Notes: generated by a model from the sequence alone, not told the origin. Positions 25,484 through 41,389 are shown, counted from the stretch's first letter. The stretch is 64,000 nt of DNA from Eledone cirrhosa (GCA_964016885.1 OZ024742.1:61070001-61134000), one strand, 5' to 3'. Translations and numbers: made by a program.

Positions 25484-25743
25484 CTATATAACAATGATCA
25501 ATCGAAAATTCTTATTTTTTATCCCACTTCGTAGTTACTAAGGCATATTGAACGAAATAATGTATTTAAATTTTTAATTTAAATAAGTTTTCATTTAAAT
25601 GATTTTTAATTTACTCGATCGTGTATGTTCAATAAAGTGAAAAAAAATGGAATAAATTCCTGAGATGAGATTAAAGCAAATTTATAGGAAATGCCATAGG
25701 CAGAGAGTAGTAGGACTATATATATACGTGTGTGCCTGTATGA

Positions 25744-25808
<65 letters not shown>

Positions 25809-27924
25809 TGTATGTGTGTGTGTTTGTTTGTACATGTATAGATATATATCCTTTGATGGTTGTTTTACTCAAAACATTAAGCTTATTAAGTCTGGTATGA
25901 TGATATCGTTCCAGGTGAAGAAAACGATTGTCAACAGATTTTAATATCGTTGTTCTTGCTGTTGTTGGCCTTTCTGTTGTTGTTGTTGCCGCTGCTGGTG
26001 TTATTGTTGTTGTATTAACCGTCTCGAACTGCGACTAAATTTAGTGGTCTGTTTGTAGCTACAGAAGCTACAGAAAATAGATGGTACTTTTCATATCCTA
26101 TTAAATACTTAAGAGCTTATCCAACACCTTCACCCTCGGCTTCACCCCCTCCCCGAGTTATGGAAGATGGTCTTGGCAATGAACTTTCCGTCGTACGCAT
26201 TCATTATTGGCTTTGATCATACACTCATGAATAATAATTGCAATCACAAGATCTCACTCTCTCTCTCTATCTCTCTCTCTCTATATCTCTCTTGTTATCT
26301 CCCTCTCTCTATTCATCATCCTCACTATCTCTTATCTCTCTCTCTCACTCTTCTTTTCTCTCTCATTATCTCACTCTCTTTCTTTCATTTCATTTTTATC
26401 ATCTTTCTATTTTCATCGTCTTTTCTTCCCTTCCTTTTAGTCCCCACCACATTCTATCTACCACCCTTTGTTTCTCCCTTTGACTAGAAGCCAAGAAAAT
26501 GAAGGTTAACGAAAAGTCATAAGTTTCATATCTCATATAACATAAGAGATTTTGTATTCTTATTTTAGAAATTTGAGAATGAAAAAGCAAACAAAAAAAT
26601 GCATGGTCCTATCATCTGACAATACACCATGAATCCGGCTATATATATGCTTGAATCATATTTCATCCAACAACAATGCCTTCTGAGTCAAACAATGATC
26701 CACACTTACATGTCTCTATAACTACTATTACTGCAACAGGCTGAACCACTTAAATTTGACAAGTTTGAGACGGGGTCATTGCCTCACCAAAGAGAAATGT
26801 CCAGAGGGGGCGTCCCTGTGTCGATGTAGTGTTGTCATATCATCCCCTATATATTGATATATTATCAAACATAGTAACAGGTTATTGCCCGACCAAGAAT
26901 ACACTCCCTGTAGCTATAGGCATGCCATCTAATCTCCTATATATATATTGATGTCTTAAAGAGCTAGAACAAAGCTTAAACCAGGAAATAATTCAAATAG
27001 TATGGTAGCAGATTGGCAGATTCGTTAGAACGTTGAATACAATATCTTGAGGTATTGATTACGGGTCTCTACACTAAACCTGAGTTCGAATTCTGTCAAT
27101 ATTAATTTTGAATTTCATCGTTTTAAGGTCGATAAAAAGAACAAGTGGAGTACTGAGGTCAATTCAATCTCTATATCTCTTTCTCAAATCCTATCTATCA
27201 CTCTCTGTATTTGTCTGGGAGTTATCTGTTGTTTTCAGACCTAGAGAGATGTGCCAGTGCGGGACGCATCCAGACAATGGAAAGCAAATACGAACTCTGA
27301 AAAGTCCGCTCAATTGGCATTTGTGAGGAAGCCATAGAAGATATGTGATTTAAATGCAACCGCTAATTCCGGGCATCAGTTTGATTCACCAGCCCTCTAT
27401 TGAGTCATAACCCCCAGTCAATAAGGTGGCCAACCAAAGCTATTGACCACTGATCAATTGGACGATACTATACATATTACAGGCAGGAGTTACTACTATT
27501 AAAAACTTTCATTAGAAATATGAATATAACTTAATTTTGTACAACTTCATTTCCATGATGCTAGGTACTTCATTTAAATATTAAATGAAGCAGTTTAAAA
27601 AGAAAATATTTAAATGTAAAGCATGTTTTTAAACTGTTTACTTTGTCATATTGAAAGGTTAAATATAATTTGTTTGTATATTTGTACTGCTTTTGAAAAT
27701 GCATTTCATAGATTAAAAGTCCTTTTCTTATTAATGAAAATAGCAAAAGTCTATATTATATTTCACTCTCCTCATCGATAAATCATTTTCTATAACTTAA
27801 AAACTATCGAACATGAAGAATGTATAAAATGTTAGATTACATAGATCATAGAGAGGGTACCTCTGTGTTCATTTTATTATAACTACATCACTCAAACAGT
27901 CTCTGCTGGCCCTCATAGAAGGAT

Positions 27925-28290
27925 TTTCATGGAACAAGCAGTACACCGTCCAACAAGAGGCGAGAATGTCCTGGATCTCTGCTTTACAAATAACGCAGTG
28001 CTATTCCACAATGGAAAGGTGACACAAGAGATTTTCTCGGATCATAACTTAGTAGAACTAATGAACTGCGAGAGTCAGCAGAGACGCAACCATTAAAAAG
28101 CACTGGGAATTTATGCAACCTAAAATTTCACAAGGCTAACTGGAAAAGGATCAAGAAAGATATCTGGAAGAAAAACTGGGGCGACAACATCACCACACAA
28201 GAAACCGACACACATTTTCAACATTTCATGACAACAATACAAACTATATGCCATAAGTTTGTCCCGGAGAAAAGGGCCAACAGACACAAA
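27925..28290 (+). mobile_element. CR1-group LINE fragment (end of APE endonuclease and linker)
   Basis: FMEQAVHRPTRGENVLDLCFTN...FSDHNLV...KFHKANW...ICHKFVP. Confidence 0.85.
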
Positions 28291-28900
28291 AACTTATTCT
28301 CAGAGACAGTATATAGCATAAGATTTACTGAAGGACAATGTAGAGACAAAAATATAGTGTACATAGGTGAGACAGCTCGTAGTGTAGGGGAACGGATAAA
28401 TGAACACTGGCGAGACCTTCAAGATATTAAAGATTAATCTGTACTCTACCAACATGCTAAAATAGAACATAAGGGTAAATTAGAGAAGATAGAAATAAAA
28501 ATAGAATCTACACACAGAAAAGACGTAATGTTTAGACAAATCACAGAGGCAATAAACATAAAAGAATTACAACCAAAATTAAATAGAAAACATGAGTGGA
28601 ACAGCAACATCACAACTTACAATTAAGGACAAAATGAAAACACACACGCACATAGAACAAACAACCAACCTGTAACATGTAAATAAACAAATAAATAAAC
28701 GAACATAAACACACACAGACACCCGGATGTGGCGCATGCGCAGTCTGAGCACACAGCACACACACACAGAAACAAAATGGCGTAGGACAGAACAAAGGAG
28801 AGGCACAAAAACAAATAAACGAATCCCCAGTCACTGAAGAGGTCACAGAATGTGTGACGAAAGAACTTTGACAATATATAAACAATATATAAACAACCGG
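28291..28900 (+). mobile_element. PLE 3' end: GIY-YIG endonuclease (one stop) plus terminal repeat with hammerhead
   Basis: VYSI...VYIGETARSVGERINEH...*SVLYQH...MFRQITEAINI...LNRKHEW. Confidence 0.88.
28830..28872 (+). ncRNA. Minimal type I hammerhead ribozyme
   Basis: GTCA-CTGAAGA-G-GTCACA-GAATG-TGTGAC-GAA-AGAACT-T/TGAC. Stem I GTCA:TGAC, 6-bp stem II, 2-bp stem III, triplet CUU. Confidence 0.8.
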
Positions 28901-29000
28901 AAATTTATAAATTCCTAAACTTATAAATTTATTATAATAAATTGAAGTGAAAGCACCTGGTGCGTGTGTTTCTTATTGGCAACATGACCCTGCCAAAGTA

Positions 29001-29052
<52 letters not shown>

Positions 29053-29477
29053 CAATACGAAAAGATAAAAACCTGTTATTATTCCAATTCAATCTTCATT
29101 TTCAACGATTCTTTCTGGAGAGAGAATCGCTGTACATATTTTACGGGCAAAACCAACAGGCAGAAGACCCAGGAAATCCATGACCTCGGCTTGACTCGCT
29201 TCGGGATCCAACCGGATTAACAAAGTTTCTGACAGAACCCACTGGAGAGTCTTTTCGATGACTTTGCCACTACAACCCTCACAGAAATTAGTGGGTGAAG
29301 AAGACAATATATATATACTTAATACAAAATAGAGGAGATAAATGATGTTCCAGAACATAGAATCTACCAATTAATCAGTCCTGACATATTAAAGTACATC
29401 TTTCATTGGACTTGGATTCCTCCATACTGTCACCTCTAATAACACATTGAGCTTTATCATATGAACGTTACCATAAA

Positions 29478-29583
29478 TAGTTGTTTCTACTTTTGGCACA
29501 AGGCCAGCAATTATCCAGTACATTACTGGTACTTTATTTTATCGACCCCGTGAGAATGAAAGGGAAAGTCAACCTCGACGGGG
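29478..29583 (-). mobile_element. SINE family A, 5'-truncated
   Basis: Matches 14304-14405. Further degraded copies at ~9710, 10260, 13340, 18060, 20730, 27000, 32650 and 36020. Confidence 0.85.
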
Positions 29584-29913
29584 TTCTAATAGGGGATTAT
29601 CGTACTCTGACTATATCCATATATATATATATATATATATATATACGGAAAAAATGAAACGATATTTCATTTCTCACTCTTAGTACGGCTGTTAATTAAA
29701 TATAAGTATGTACACGTACATACATATATGTACACAGACGTACAGTAGTATGTATATATATACATACATGCACACATATATATATATATATGTACGTAGG
29801 GATTCACCGAACATTTATTATAATGCTCGGTGTGTTTGTAAACAAACATCCCGTATTAAGCCGTACAGTGTTTAGCAACCATCGTTGCTCATTTGTTCAA
29901 CACTGACAAAGGA

Positions 29914-29956
29914 ACGCTGTACTAGTTTCAAGATTATTAGCTATCGTCAGCAACGT
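29914..29956 (-). ncRNA. Minimal type I hammerhead (one stem II mismatch)
   Basis: Reverse complement ACGTTG-CTGACGA-TAGCTAATAATCTT-GAA-ACTAGT-A/CAGCGT. Confidence 0.7.
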
Positions 29957-30147
29957 ATACCTTCCTGCCAGATGGTTGAACGTCTGAAAGTATATACTTT
30001 CCTTATGCATATTAACTGCTGAGCAGCCTAATTTGCATATCGAGTGAGTTAATCGGCCGGGGTACCGAAAACGATAAACGAAAAAATGAAACGAAATTTC
30101 ATTTCTCACTCTTAGTACGGCTGTTCAACCATCTGGCAGGAAGGTAT

Positions 30148-30190
30148 ACGTTGCTGACGATAGCTAATAAGCTTGAAACTAGTACAGCGT
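30148..30190 (+). ncRNA. Minimal type I hammerhead ribozyme
   Basis: ACGTTG-CTGACGA-TAGC-TAATAA-GCTT-GAA-ACTAGT-A/CAGCGT. 6-bp stem I, palindromic stem III ACTAGT, GUA triplet. Confidence 0.85.
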
Positions 30191-30339
30191 TCCTTTGTCA
30201 GTGTTGAACAAATGAGCTACGGTGGTTGCTAGACACTGTACGGCATAATTCGGGATGTTTGTTTACAAACACACCGAACGTTATAATAAATGTTCGGTGA
30301 ATCCATACGTACATATATATAGGTGTGCATGTATGTATG

Positions 30340-30398
<59 letters not shown>

Positions 30399-30444
30399 CT
30401 ACTGTACGTCTGTATACATATATGTATGTACGTATACATACTTA

Positions 30445-31935
<1,491 letters not shown>

Positions 31936-33662
31936 TAGCATTTAGTTGCAATATCAAAACATATGCTGAATAATTAGAGAATTTTTCTCAGTAATTAAAA
32001 TTATAAATGATTATTTCTGTTTAATCCTCTCATTAACATTAAAAGAAAAATACAAGAAGATAACACAAAAGTTGGCAATTGCTAACGCAATATAATTAAG
32101 GCTCAATGTCTGCGGTTGCACACCATATATGTTGAAGTAGCCAATTAAGATTTCTATCAAACGTTTAGATATAACCGTAACAAAGTTGTATTTTCAACTA
32201 ACGGCATTATCTTTTCCATATCAGTGTTCTCTAATGGAAGTTTCATTAACCATTCCAATTTTTTATATATTAGCCACGTTCATCATCTAAAAGATTATGT
32301 CCAAATATTCAAATTCTTTCATTTCACCAATTAGCATTGAAATATTTGCCCTGAGTCGTTAAATATATTGCACGCAAATGTTTAATTCGAAAGCATTGTA
32401 ATTGGTAATCTTCCTGAATAACCGAAAGCATATTTATGTACTTGGTTGTATCTTTTTACTGACTTATTCAGTTATTTCTTTGGGAAAATTATTAAAAATA
32501 TAACGAACTGTATTAACTATATTAATCGTAATTTCAACATTATCCATATCATTTCGCATCACCAGAATCATGGTGCATCCAAATGTGTACAGCAAAAGAA
32601 GATACATAATTGGTATGGATGAAATGTGTACAGCAAAAGAAGATTCATAATCCGTAAGGATGAAAGGCCAAGGTTAACTTCGCCATTCATCCTTACGAGG
32701 TCGATAAAATAAAGTACCAGTTCTGCACTGGCATAATTGCTGGCTTTCTGCCAAAAGTAGAAACAACCATTATTAATTTAATAATGCCAGCTGCATTGAG
32801 CTTCTACGCTGTGGTTCCCACCTGCTACAAACAGAAATGAAATCTCCTTCGGATCATGCTCTGCCGTTTTGAAGGGAAAACGGCATTTTATAAAATGAGA
32901 CACTTCTAATTATAACAGCCTGGAAAGAGAAAGAGTTTGTCATAGATCGAATATTCTTTGTCAACGATTTTAAGAATCAACCCTAGACTGTAGATAAAAA
33001 CAATATATTTTGTTTGATTTCATTTTCGTTTTAATTGGCAATAACCAGGGAATTTACAGGATTTATTTAGAACGGAGCGATCGATGCCATTCATGTTCTA
33101 ATTAAACTGCTTTAGGTCCATACACTTTAAAAATACATAATTTCAAAAGGAATTCCGAAGGACAGATGTTCGAAGGGGGCAGGACTAGGCCATGTGTTTA
33201 GTACATGATTTGGTGGATTGAATATAAGGGAGATGAGAGATGATTAAACGAACCAGTAAAGAGCGTGCGAGTGGGCATGGCATGAGGCATAAAAAACTCC
33301 GAGGAACAAAGACGATTGTAGTATGCTAAAGGGTAGAGAGTGTTAGTTGAGGAAATTATGTTGATAAATGAAATCACTTTTTGTTTCTGGATACGGTCAA
33401 GCACATCAACAGAACCATCTCATATGTGGCAGCAATACTCCATTGTGGATCTCACCTCACATATTTATCAATACAATTTAAGGCATGTATCACTTACATT
33501 CTATAAAATATTATGCATCGTAAGATTTGAGTAAAATAAGATAAGATTTGTGCAACTAATTCTGACTTAAATATACAGAGGCATATTTGACATATTTGTT
33601 TTAACAATGATTTTACCAAATGTAAAATTATTTCTCATTGTCTATGCCTTACATTGACATTT

Positions 33663-34720
33663 CTCTTCTTCTTTTTCTTCTTCCAATTATTCCTGGGATC
33701 CTCGTAGGGCAGAGATCCCAGCGTGTCCTATCAGAAGCAGGCGTATCCAATTGAACCGGCTGGATCCCAAGCGGGACTAGTGGAACGCATGAGTGTTATC
33801 AAACCAGCTTGCTCGGGCTCTACTCCGAGATCTCCTGCCAGTTGGTTTCGCCCGTAAAATCTGTCCAGCGATTATTTTCTAAGATAGCCGACTAATCATA
33901 CATCCGCCATACGTGATATAACTTCCAACTCAGCTGTACATATCACCCCAGTTCATGAATATTATGAACAGGAGAGGTGACAGTACGCACCCTTGGGACA
34001 GTCCGTCTCCCACATTGATTGGTTTCGATTTAGCACCATTTATCCAAACACAAATACTGGGGCATTCGTATAGAAAAATCAGGGAAACAAGAAGCTGTCC
34101 ATCGATCCCATACTTCAGCACACTTTCCACGGCAGGTCCAGTGAAAGGTGGTTATATGCTTTTGCGTGGTCTACAAAGTAAGCATACACTTCTTGGCGGT
34201 ACTCCCACGATTTCTTGACTTGCCGCAATGCGAATATTTGGTCGGCTGTACTACGTCCGGGGCGAAAATCAGACTGTTCATCAGTTAGTTTGGCCTCGAT
34301 AATCTGCCTACATCTATTTGTTAGACACTTACCATAGACTTTACGATTGAGGCTTAATAAGGAGATACATCTATACTTAAAGCAACCTCTCCTGTCTCCA
34401 TTTTTGAAAATTGGAATTATCAATCCCGATTGCCATTGCTTAGGAGCCTGTCAAGAGGGCAGCCAGCCGGCGCACACTAGTAATATAGAATAGCTCTACT
34501 GAAGGCGTTTAACATCTCGAGCCGAATTTCATTCTCCCCAGCAAGTGTTTTGGTGGTTTCTTTCGCGACAGTCACTAATCTGGTACTTTTATCAGACCCA
34601 CGAAGTCTAGGACTTTTATTATCGTCGTAGCTACATCATTGGGTTCTGAGAGATTTCACCAGAGCTATAGCCATCACTCTTTGCACTGGCTCTCTTAGTA
34701 GCTTACCGTTGTTGGTCCGG
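33663..34720 (-). mobile_element. RTE-clade LINE, degraded RT and 3' end
   Basis: IIPIFKNGDR...ISLLS...EQSDFRPGRSTADQIF...FVDHAKAY...GLSQGCVLSPLLFIIFM. (GAA)-rich tail at ~33663-33685. Confidence 0.9.
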
Positions 34721-36756
34721 GGTTGTTATTTGTCCGACAGGTGACTGCTTATATCGCAACTAGTCATCATATCATTCCTCTCTGTTTCTTGTAAAATTAT
34801 TAACAATGTTTCATCTACTAAAGGATGGTGTTTAATTATTGAATTTAATTTTATTCACTTATTTATTAGTATTTATTTCCTCCATATCGTCAACCAGATA
34901 CTGTTTGGATACATTAGTTTTTTTGTTGGGGGGGGGGGTAGTGCGTTCATGAGAAAATAACATTATTCAAAGTATTTAATTTAAGAATGTATGTATTCCA
35001 CAAGTAAATAATATTTCAAAAGGCGTTTGAATGAATCAGAAACAGAATTAGTAGCCTAGTGGTTGAAGTGTTGAGCTTATGGTCATAAGGTTGCAAGTTA
35101 AATTCCAAGACCGGGTGACGCTTTGCTTCATTGAACAAGGCACTTCATTTTACGTTTTTGCAATTCAAACTCTAGAAAATTAGTACCAGCGGTAGCAGGT
35201 ACTTTTCGTTTTTATTCACCGAGTAAATATAGCTTTATAGCAAATTATTTCACTATATGTCCATCCCCTCTAATTCTGTTAAACAAATCCTAGTTATTTA
35301 GGCAAAGCTATTATATCTATTTTGAGCTGCTATAGAGACGATCCAATATGTATTTATTAGAAATGTCTTTCACCAGAACACTAATGGTCTATTTGCCTTT
35401 TTCATTTTCATTGTCGTATACTCTGCAGGCATATGGAAACATTAAACACACTCAGCTCAACTATTGATAAATGAGGATATGTACATATGGACTATTCCTA
35501 ATAAAAGTAAAGTAATTTTCTAACAGTCGTCATTAAAAGTATGTATCATATCATTTCATTTCTTCCTTCTACCCTCATACATCGTATTGCAATCTGTCAT
35601 AGACAAATTCAGGAGTCAAATGACTTCCTTTATTAATGTTTTCACAGTCGTACTCAATAATATTTTACATGCCATATTTCCTTTATGCCAAACATTGTAA
35701 ATTATTTGTCCGTTTTCAAACTTGTGTCTCATTAGTATTTCTTGCGAATGCATTTGGATACATGAAAGGCTTTTGTTGGAGGCAACTCTCTTGAATTACT
35801 TATACTGTGTTGCATTCTATCATATTGTGTCAATGGAGGTAATTCGAAAACTTACGTGTATGTGTGAGTGTGTGTGTGTGTCTGCGTGCGTGCATGCGCG
35901 CGTGCAATGGTAATATGTTTCTAGTTGTAGCTCTTCCTTTTCAGGAAACTATCGCTTTTACAATTATTCTGCACATAAAAATTTGTTGAATAATATATAA
36001 ACTAAAAGCTGCAAATTGACAGTCGTTGAAACATTTGGTTAAATTGTTTAGCGGTATTTGTTCCGATTCTCATCTTTTCATCAAAAGAGGATCGACAAAA
36101 TATGTAGCAAATTGAAAGACATAGGTATGCGTTTTGCTATGATCTTTTAGATGATGCATTTAAAGCCGCGCATCAGCATGTCCCCATCTTATGTCGGAAA
36201 TCAGGAACTTAATGTTCTTGGAGATTAAGAGTGACATGAGTGACAAGGCTGAATCTTTGGATTGCTTGTACTGCCCATCCGACCGTCTCCGCCTATGCAA
36301 TATCACTCCCACAGCATTAGACAACCTGAGGTTATGGTAAAATATACGTGCCTAAGATGTCACAGAGACAAATCGAACCCATATCATAATAATTCCAAGT
36401 GAACTCACTAACTATACAGCGACTCCTGTAAATAGGGTAAGATTTCAGTTAATATTACTATTATTACTGGCATATATAATGAAATGTTAGATTATTTGGC
36501 AAGGTATTGCAATGTCTGACTGCGGTTATCAGTTAGTACGACACTTGTTTACAACTAAATTAAATCAGCTAGAGAAAAAAATAAACAACTCTTAGAGAAT
36601 TTTTCATTGAATTCATCTAAGATGGTTTTATATTTTATTGTATTATTCATAGACGTCAAATAAGTTTCTTTTAATCTTCAATTTCTAAATTATTCTGTAG
36701 AAGATCAATATCTAACATTTACTAAAGGATATTCTTTTAGAAGATATGAATGTGAG

Positions 36757-36792
<36 letters not shown>

Positions 36793-36989
36793 ATATTTGG
36801 GGAGGGTCATATTTGCGTAATATTGCCAGAATTAATAACAGAACACACTCACTGTTTGGTTGGTTTTCGCTTCTCGCTGTCTTTTATATATATATATCTG
36901 CGATCTAACTTACTCGGTCCTCAATGTTGCCATTGACTGACCGGCGGTCAAAAATAATACAGATACAATATAGACAAACATATATATAT

Positions 36990-37672
36990 AAGGAATTTAT
37001 ATCTAGTAACATTTATATACACACAGATGCACATCAATGCTAGCAAATATATAGGTTTTGTCTTATTAACAATGTGGTTCAATGCATGGGGTTGCAGAAC
37101 AATAATATGAGAGACGTAAAATAAGAAAATTATAAAATTAACTTACTTACTAAAAAATCACTTCCAACTAATTAGTTTCTGGAATGGAGTAAATATATTT
37201 TCCGAAGAAACATATATATGTGCATCTGTGTGTATATAAATGGTACTAGATATAAATTCCTTATAATTATCTCCAATTCATTTGTCGAGCAATATTTGGC
37301 CATGACTGCTACTATGGTAGTAAGCTGGCCGCTGTCTTAATAACCACTCGCTTTCCACTGATTGACCTCGATGTCACGTGATTGATTCTTTTTGAATTTG
37401 CCACAGACGTAGAGACAGTGATTTTCTCAATGGCTTGGAATCCAGTCCACGCTTCGCTATTTCCATTCCACTGAATTATTTTTTTAATAAGTTTCCAGTG
37501 CCCTCGCTATGCCTGGAGACCTATACGGAAAAAGACTTTCCTGATGACGGAATGATTTTCGATATGTTTCTTCGGAAAATATATTTACTCCATTCCAGAA
37601 ACTAATTAGTTGGAAGTGATTTTTTAGTAAGTAAGTTAATTTTATAATTTTCCTATTTTACGTCTCTCATAT
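36990..37672. mobile_element. Rearranged non-coding element with two interleaved inverted repeats and a hammerhead-like motif
   Basis: 36990-37035 is inverted at 37218-37262, and 37106-37213 at 37563-37670. TTTC-CTGATGA-CGGAATGATTTTC-GATA...TTC/GGAAA at ~37537-37578 (GAAA reads GATA). Confidence 0.7.
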
Positions 37673-37741
37673 ATATATATATATATGATCATGCATACAC
37701 ACATATACATGTAGACGTATATATACATATAGTGTTATAAT

Positions 37742-37800
<59 letters not shown>

Positions 37801-38479
37801 CGGGGAGAAAGATAAACTATCAGACACTTTACTGAAGTGAGATTTACTGATCTGATAAATGGCCACACTGGTATAAGAATCAGTAGCAGCATAAAATTCC
37901 CCAAACTTTCGTAGAAACAGAATATAAAAAATGTACACAGAGTTCTTACCGATTATTCGTTGGATGTAGTACCTATAGAGAACTAAACAATCACAATACC
38001 TTACCTTTTTTTTTTAATTGTCTGGAACGTATGGTTTTGCCTGGTTGATTCAAGTACTGTTCGCCAGAGTTTACTTTACATTAAGGAATATATAGTCACT
38101 CTAAATTAAAAGTATTTTCCTCAATACATTGTGTTAGCGCTTATGACTGGACATAAACGAATGTTCGACAGCGCCTGCTCCTAACTATTAAATAGCTACT
38201 TAACCATTCACACCTGCGAAAACAAACACAAAAACAAGCAATATTTCAAGCAATAATAATTTCTGACCCCTCACAAGCTGGGGCAATTTTAGCCCTTTCT
38301 TAAATTCTTTTCCAGACTAATGCTAGTTAATACGCAAGTGGTGGTCTATTTTGATTGTAATACTTTTCTTTATTATACCAGCAAGTGTATCGATATTGCA
38401 TTTCAAAAAGGATAGTTGAGGAGAAGAGTCGAAGACTTTATTCGTCACACATGTTTCGAGATTTTCCGTGTGCATGTTG

Positions 38480-38538
<59 letters not shown>

Positions 38539-38733
38539 CTTTAGGTTTGTTGGTTCACCACTGGATAGAATTGGTCATTCCGTATGGTCAATCTTGGTGT
38601 AATATTGTGGAGAGGACTCAACGTAGTGCAGTTCACCCGTCCTCGTTTGTGTAGTTGGAGGTGCGAATATGGAGTTAATTATAAATAAAAATAACAGGAG
38701 GCTGGACTGGTATAAATCATTGAAAGGTTTATT

Positions 38734-38791
38734 ATACTATGATCATTTCAATGACCGGGTTCCATATGAATCCGGTGATATCATCAGGTAT
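38734..38791 (-). ncRNA. Type I hammerhead ribozyme
   Basis: Reverse complement ATAC-CTGATGA-T-ATCACCGG-ATTCATATGGAAC-CCGGTCAT-T-GAA-ATGATCAT-A/GTAT. Perfect palindromic stem III ATGATCAT, AUA triplet. Confidence 0.8.
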
Positions 38792-41331
38792 TCGAAATAT
38801 AACAAAGGAATATGTAAAAACCATGGGTCCGAAAAATCAGAGACAGAGAGGACGACTGACCAACTAGCTGTCTTCACCTCAGCCAGTCGCTCTCAAAGTG
38901 ATGGCAACTCGATCTGATAATGACCATCTGGTGAGGGGGCGAAGGCTTATAATGTACTACCACCTCTCCACCAAAGAATAAAAAGGGGGAAGAAAGAAAG
39001 AAAGAAAAAAGAAAGAAGTCAGCGTAAGGGTCACACTACAGTCAAGCTAGAAAACGCCGCGAAAAATATTATTCTAAAGAATCTATAATTTAACAAAGGC
39101 ATATATAATGGGTGTCTGTATGGTCTAATGTAGGAACAGAAATTTCGAACGTTAAACTTATGTTACGAGTTATAGGATGAAATTAAATTAAAAATAATAA
39201 ATTAAAAATTGGAAAATAAATTTAAAAAATTATTTAATGAACTTACAGAGAGTCTTATATGAAAATGTTAATCTCGATAAGATATCAGGGTGGGATAAAG
39301 ACTAAAGCCTTCGAATGTGAATCCCAGCCAGCACCTCCTAACCACGTGTCAGCCAGTTTCGAGTGGTATCGTCCAGCGAAAGAAATGGAAATTAATTTTT
39401 CCGAGTACTCTAGGAACGTAGCTACACTAGGCCCCGGGTGTGCTAGCGGGAAGTCTACAATTTCGACAGGCCATCTTCAATACCAAACCAATTCTATTAA
39501 TTCACAGATGAGGGGTTTATTTACGTGCCAGTAGAGGCATGACACAGCTAACAGTTATGCCTAAGCCTAGAGTTTATAGGTATAAGTATAATATGGTGGT
39601 CAAAACAGGCGGCGCGGCGGGCCCGGGGCAAGGCAACCCGCTCCGGGTAATTTCGTTTACCGAAAGAGGGGAAATTTATTTTTACAAGCACTCAAGGAAG
39701 GCTGAACTTTCCGAGCGCCCATCGGATTAACCGCCAGCATGGGATTAACTGATCTACTACCAGTCGGATTTTGGCTGCTCTGTGCTTTGTCTACCGCCCG
39801 CCCGTTGTTGCTTCCCTGTCGGGAATATTCGGATTCCGACAACATTCTACGTATTATACTAAAACATGTATTGTATTGACTGAATTCTCTACTCTATACT
39901 TCAGGACTTTTTTTTTTTTGTGACTCACACTGAATTCGGAGACCCGAACTTTACACTAGGTGCCACCTGTTACCATTCCATCTCTTCCATCCTCTATATC
40001 TATATGTACAACCTGTATTATCTTACTACAACTTGATCTATATTATATTTCCCCTTTGCTCTAATTCCTCCGATATGTTTTTATATACTTCCGTCTTACT
40101 ACATCACTACCCTAGCTATGAAGACGTTTTATTTATGTATTTTACATTTTACTTTTATTAGTTTATTAATGTATTTTTATCAATATATTCTTTATCTTTG
40201 TATTTTATCTTTGTATCCTACTTTTATTTATTTGTAACTTTCCTTACTCAGGTCATTATGCACCTTTCATAGCCCCCTACCCACCAAAGAACCACACTAC
40301 TTATAACCCGGACTAAATGGGACTTTAAAATAATTATAGTCTATTTGCACTCTTTATTGAGTTTTGCTACCTTTGATTGATGTGGTGGCTTTTCTCGGCT
40401 GCGCGATGGGCGCTCGGAAAGTTCTGCCTTCCTTGAGTGCTTGGAAAAATAAATTTCCCCTCTTTCGGTAAACGAAATTACTCGGAGCGGGTTGCCTTGC
40501 CCCGGGCCCGCCGCGCCGCCTGTTTTGACCGCCATTTAATACTTATACCTATAAACTCTAGGCTTAGGTATAACTGTTAGCTGTATCATGTATCATGCCT
40601 CTACTGGCACGTAAATAAACCCCTCTCGTGGGAATTAAAAGTATTCGTTTGGTATTGACGATGGCCTGTCGAAATTGTAGACTTCCCGCTAGCACATCCA
40701 GGGCCATGTGTAGCTACGTTCCTAGAGTACTCGGAAAAATTAATTTCCATTTCTTGCTCTGGACGATACCACTCGAAACTGACTGACACGTGGTTAGGAG
40801 GTGCTGGCTGGGATTCACATTCGAAGGCTTTAGTCTTTATCCCATCCTGATATCTTATCGAGATTAACTTTTTCATATAAGACTCTCTCTGTAAATTCAT
40901 TAAATAATTTTTTTTATTTATTTTCCAATTTTCAATTTATTATTTTTTTTATTTAATTTCATCCTATAACTCGTAACATAAGTTTAACGTTCGAAATGTC
41001 TGTTCACACATTAGACCATACAGAGACCCATTATATATGCCTTTGTTAAAATATAGATTCTTTAGAATAACATTTTCGCGGCGTTTTCTAGCTTGACTGT
41101 AGTGTGACCCTTACGCTGACTTCTTTCTTTCTTCCCCTTTTTTATTATTTGACGGAGGGCTGGTAGTATATTATGAGCCTTCGCCTCCTCACCAGATGGT
41201 CATTAGCAGATCGAGTTGCCATCACTTTGAGAGCAACTGGCCGAGGTGAAGACAGCTAGTTGGTCAGTCGTCTTCTCTGTCTCTGATTTTTCGGACCCAT
41301 GGTTTTTACATATTCCTTTGTTATATTTCGA

Positions 41332-41389
41332 ATACCTGATGATACCACAGGATTCATATGGAACCCGGTCATTGAAATGATCATAGTAT
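41332..41389 (+). ncRNA. Type I hammerhead ribozyme (stem II eroded)
   Basis: ATAC-CTGATGA-TACCACAGG...CCGGTCATT-GAA-ATGATCAT-A/GTAT. Confidence 0.7.

Larger units (their letters stand above)
29645..30450. mobile_element. Non-coding fold-back element with two opposed hammerheads, in (TA)n
   Basis: ~29700-29982 is inverted at ~30125-30450. 29645-29692 is directly repeated at ~30079-30125. Confidence 0.88.

Noticed and set aside
32581-32770. 30-bp direct repeat beside an inverted SINE core
   Set aside because: Adequately explained as a local duplication plus a 5'-inverted SINE insertion.
37947-38100. Two further exon-like segments with strong gtaag donors
   Set aside because: The larger has stops in all frames and the gap between them is only ~32 nt, too short for an intron; kept only as possible decayed exons.
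39259-40900. Small ORFs (91/99 aa, 63/64 aa) present in both arms of the palindrome
   Set aside because: Duplicated only because of the inversion; many arm differences change amino acids and no domain was recognised.
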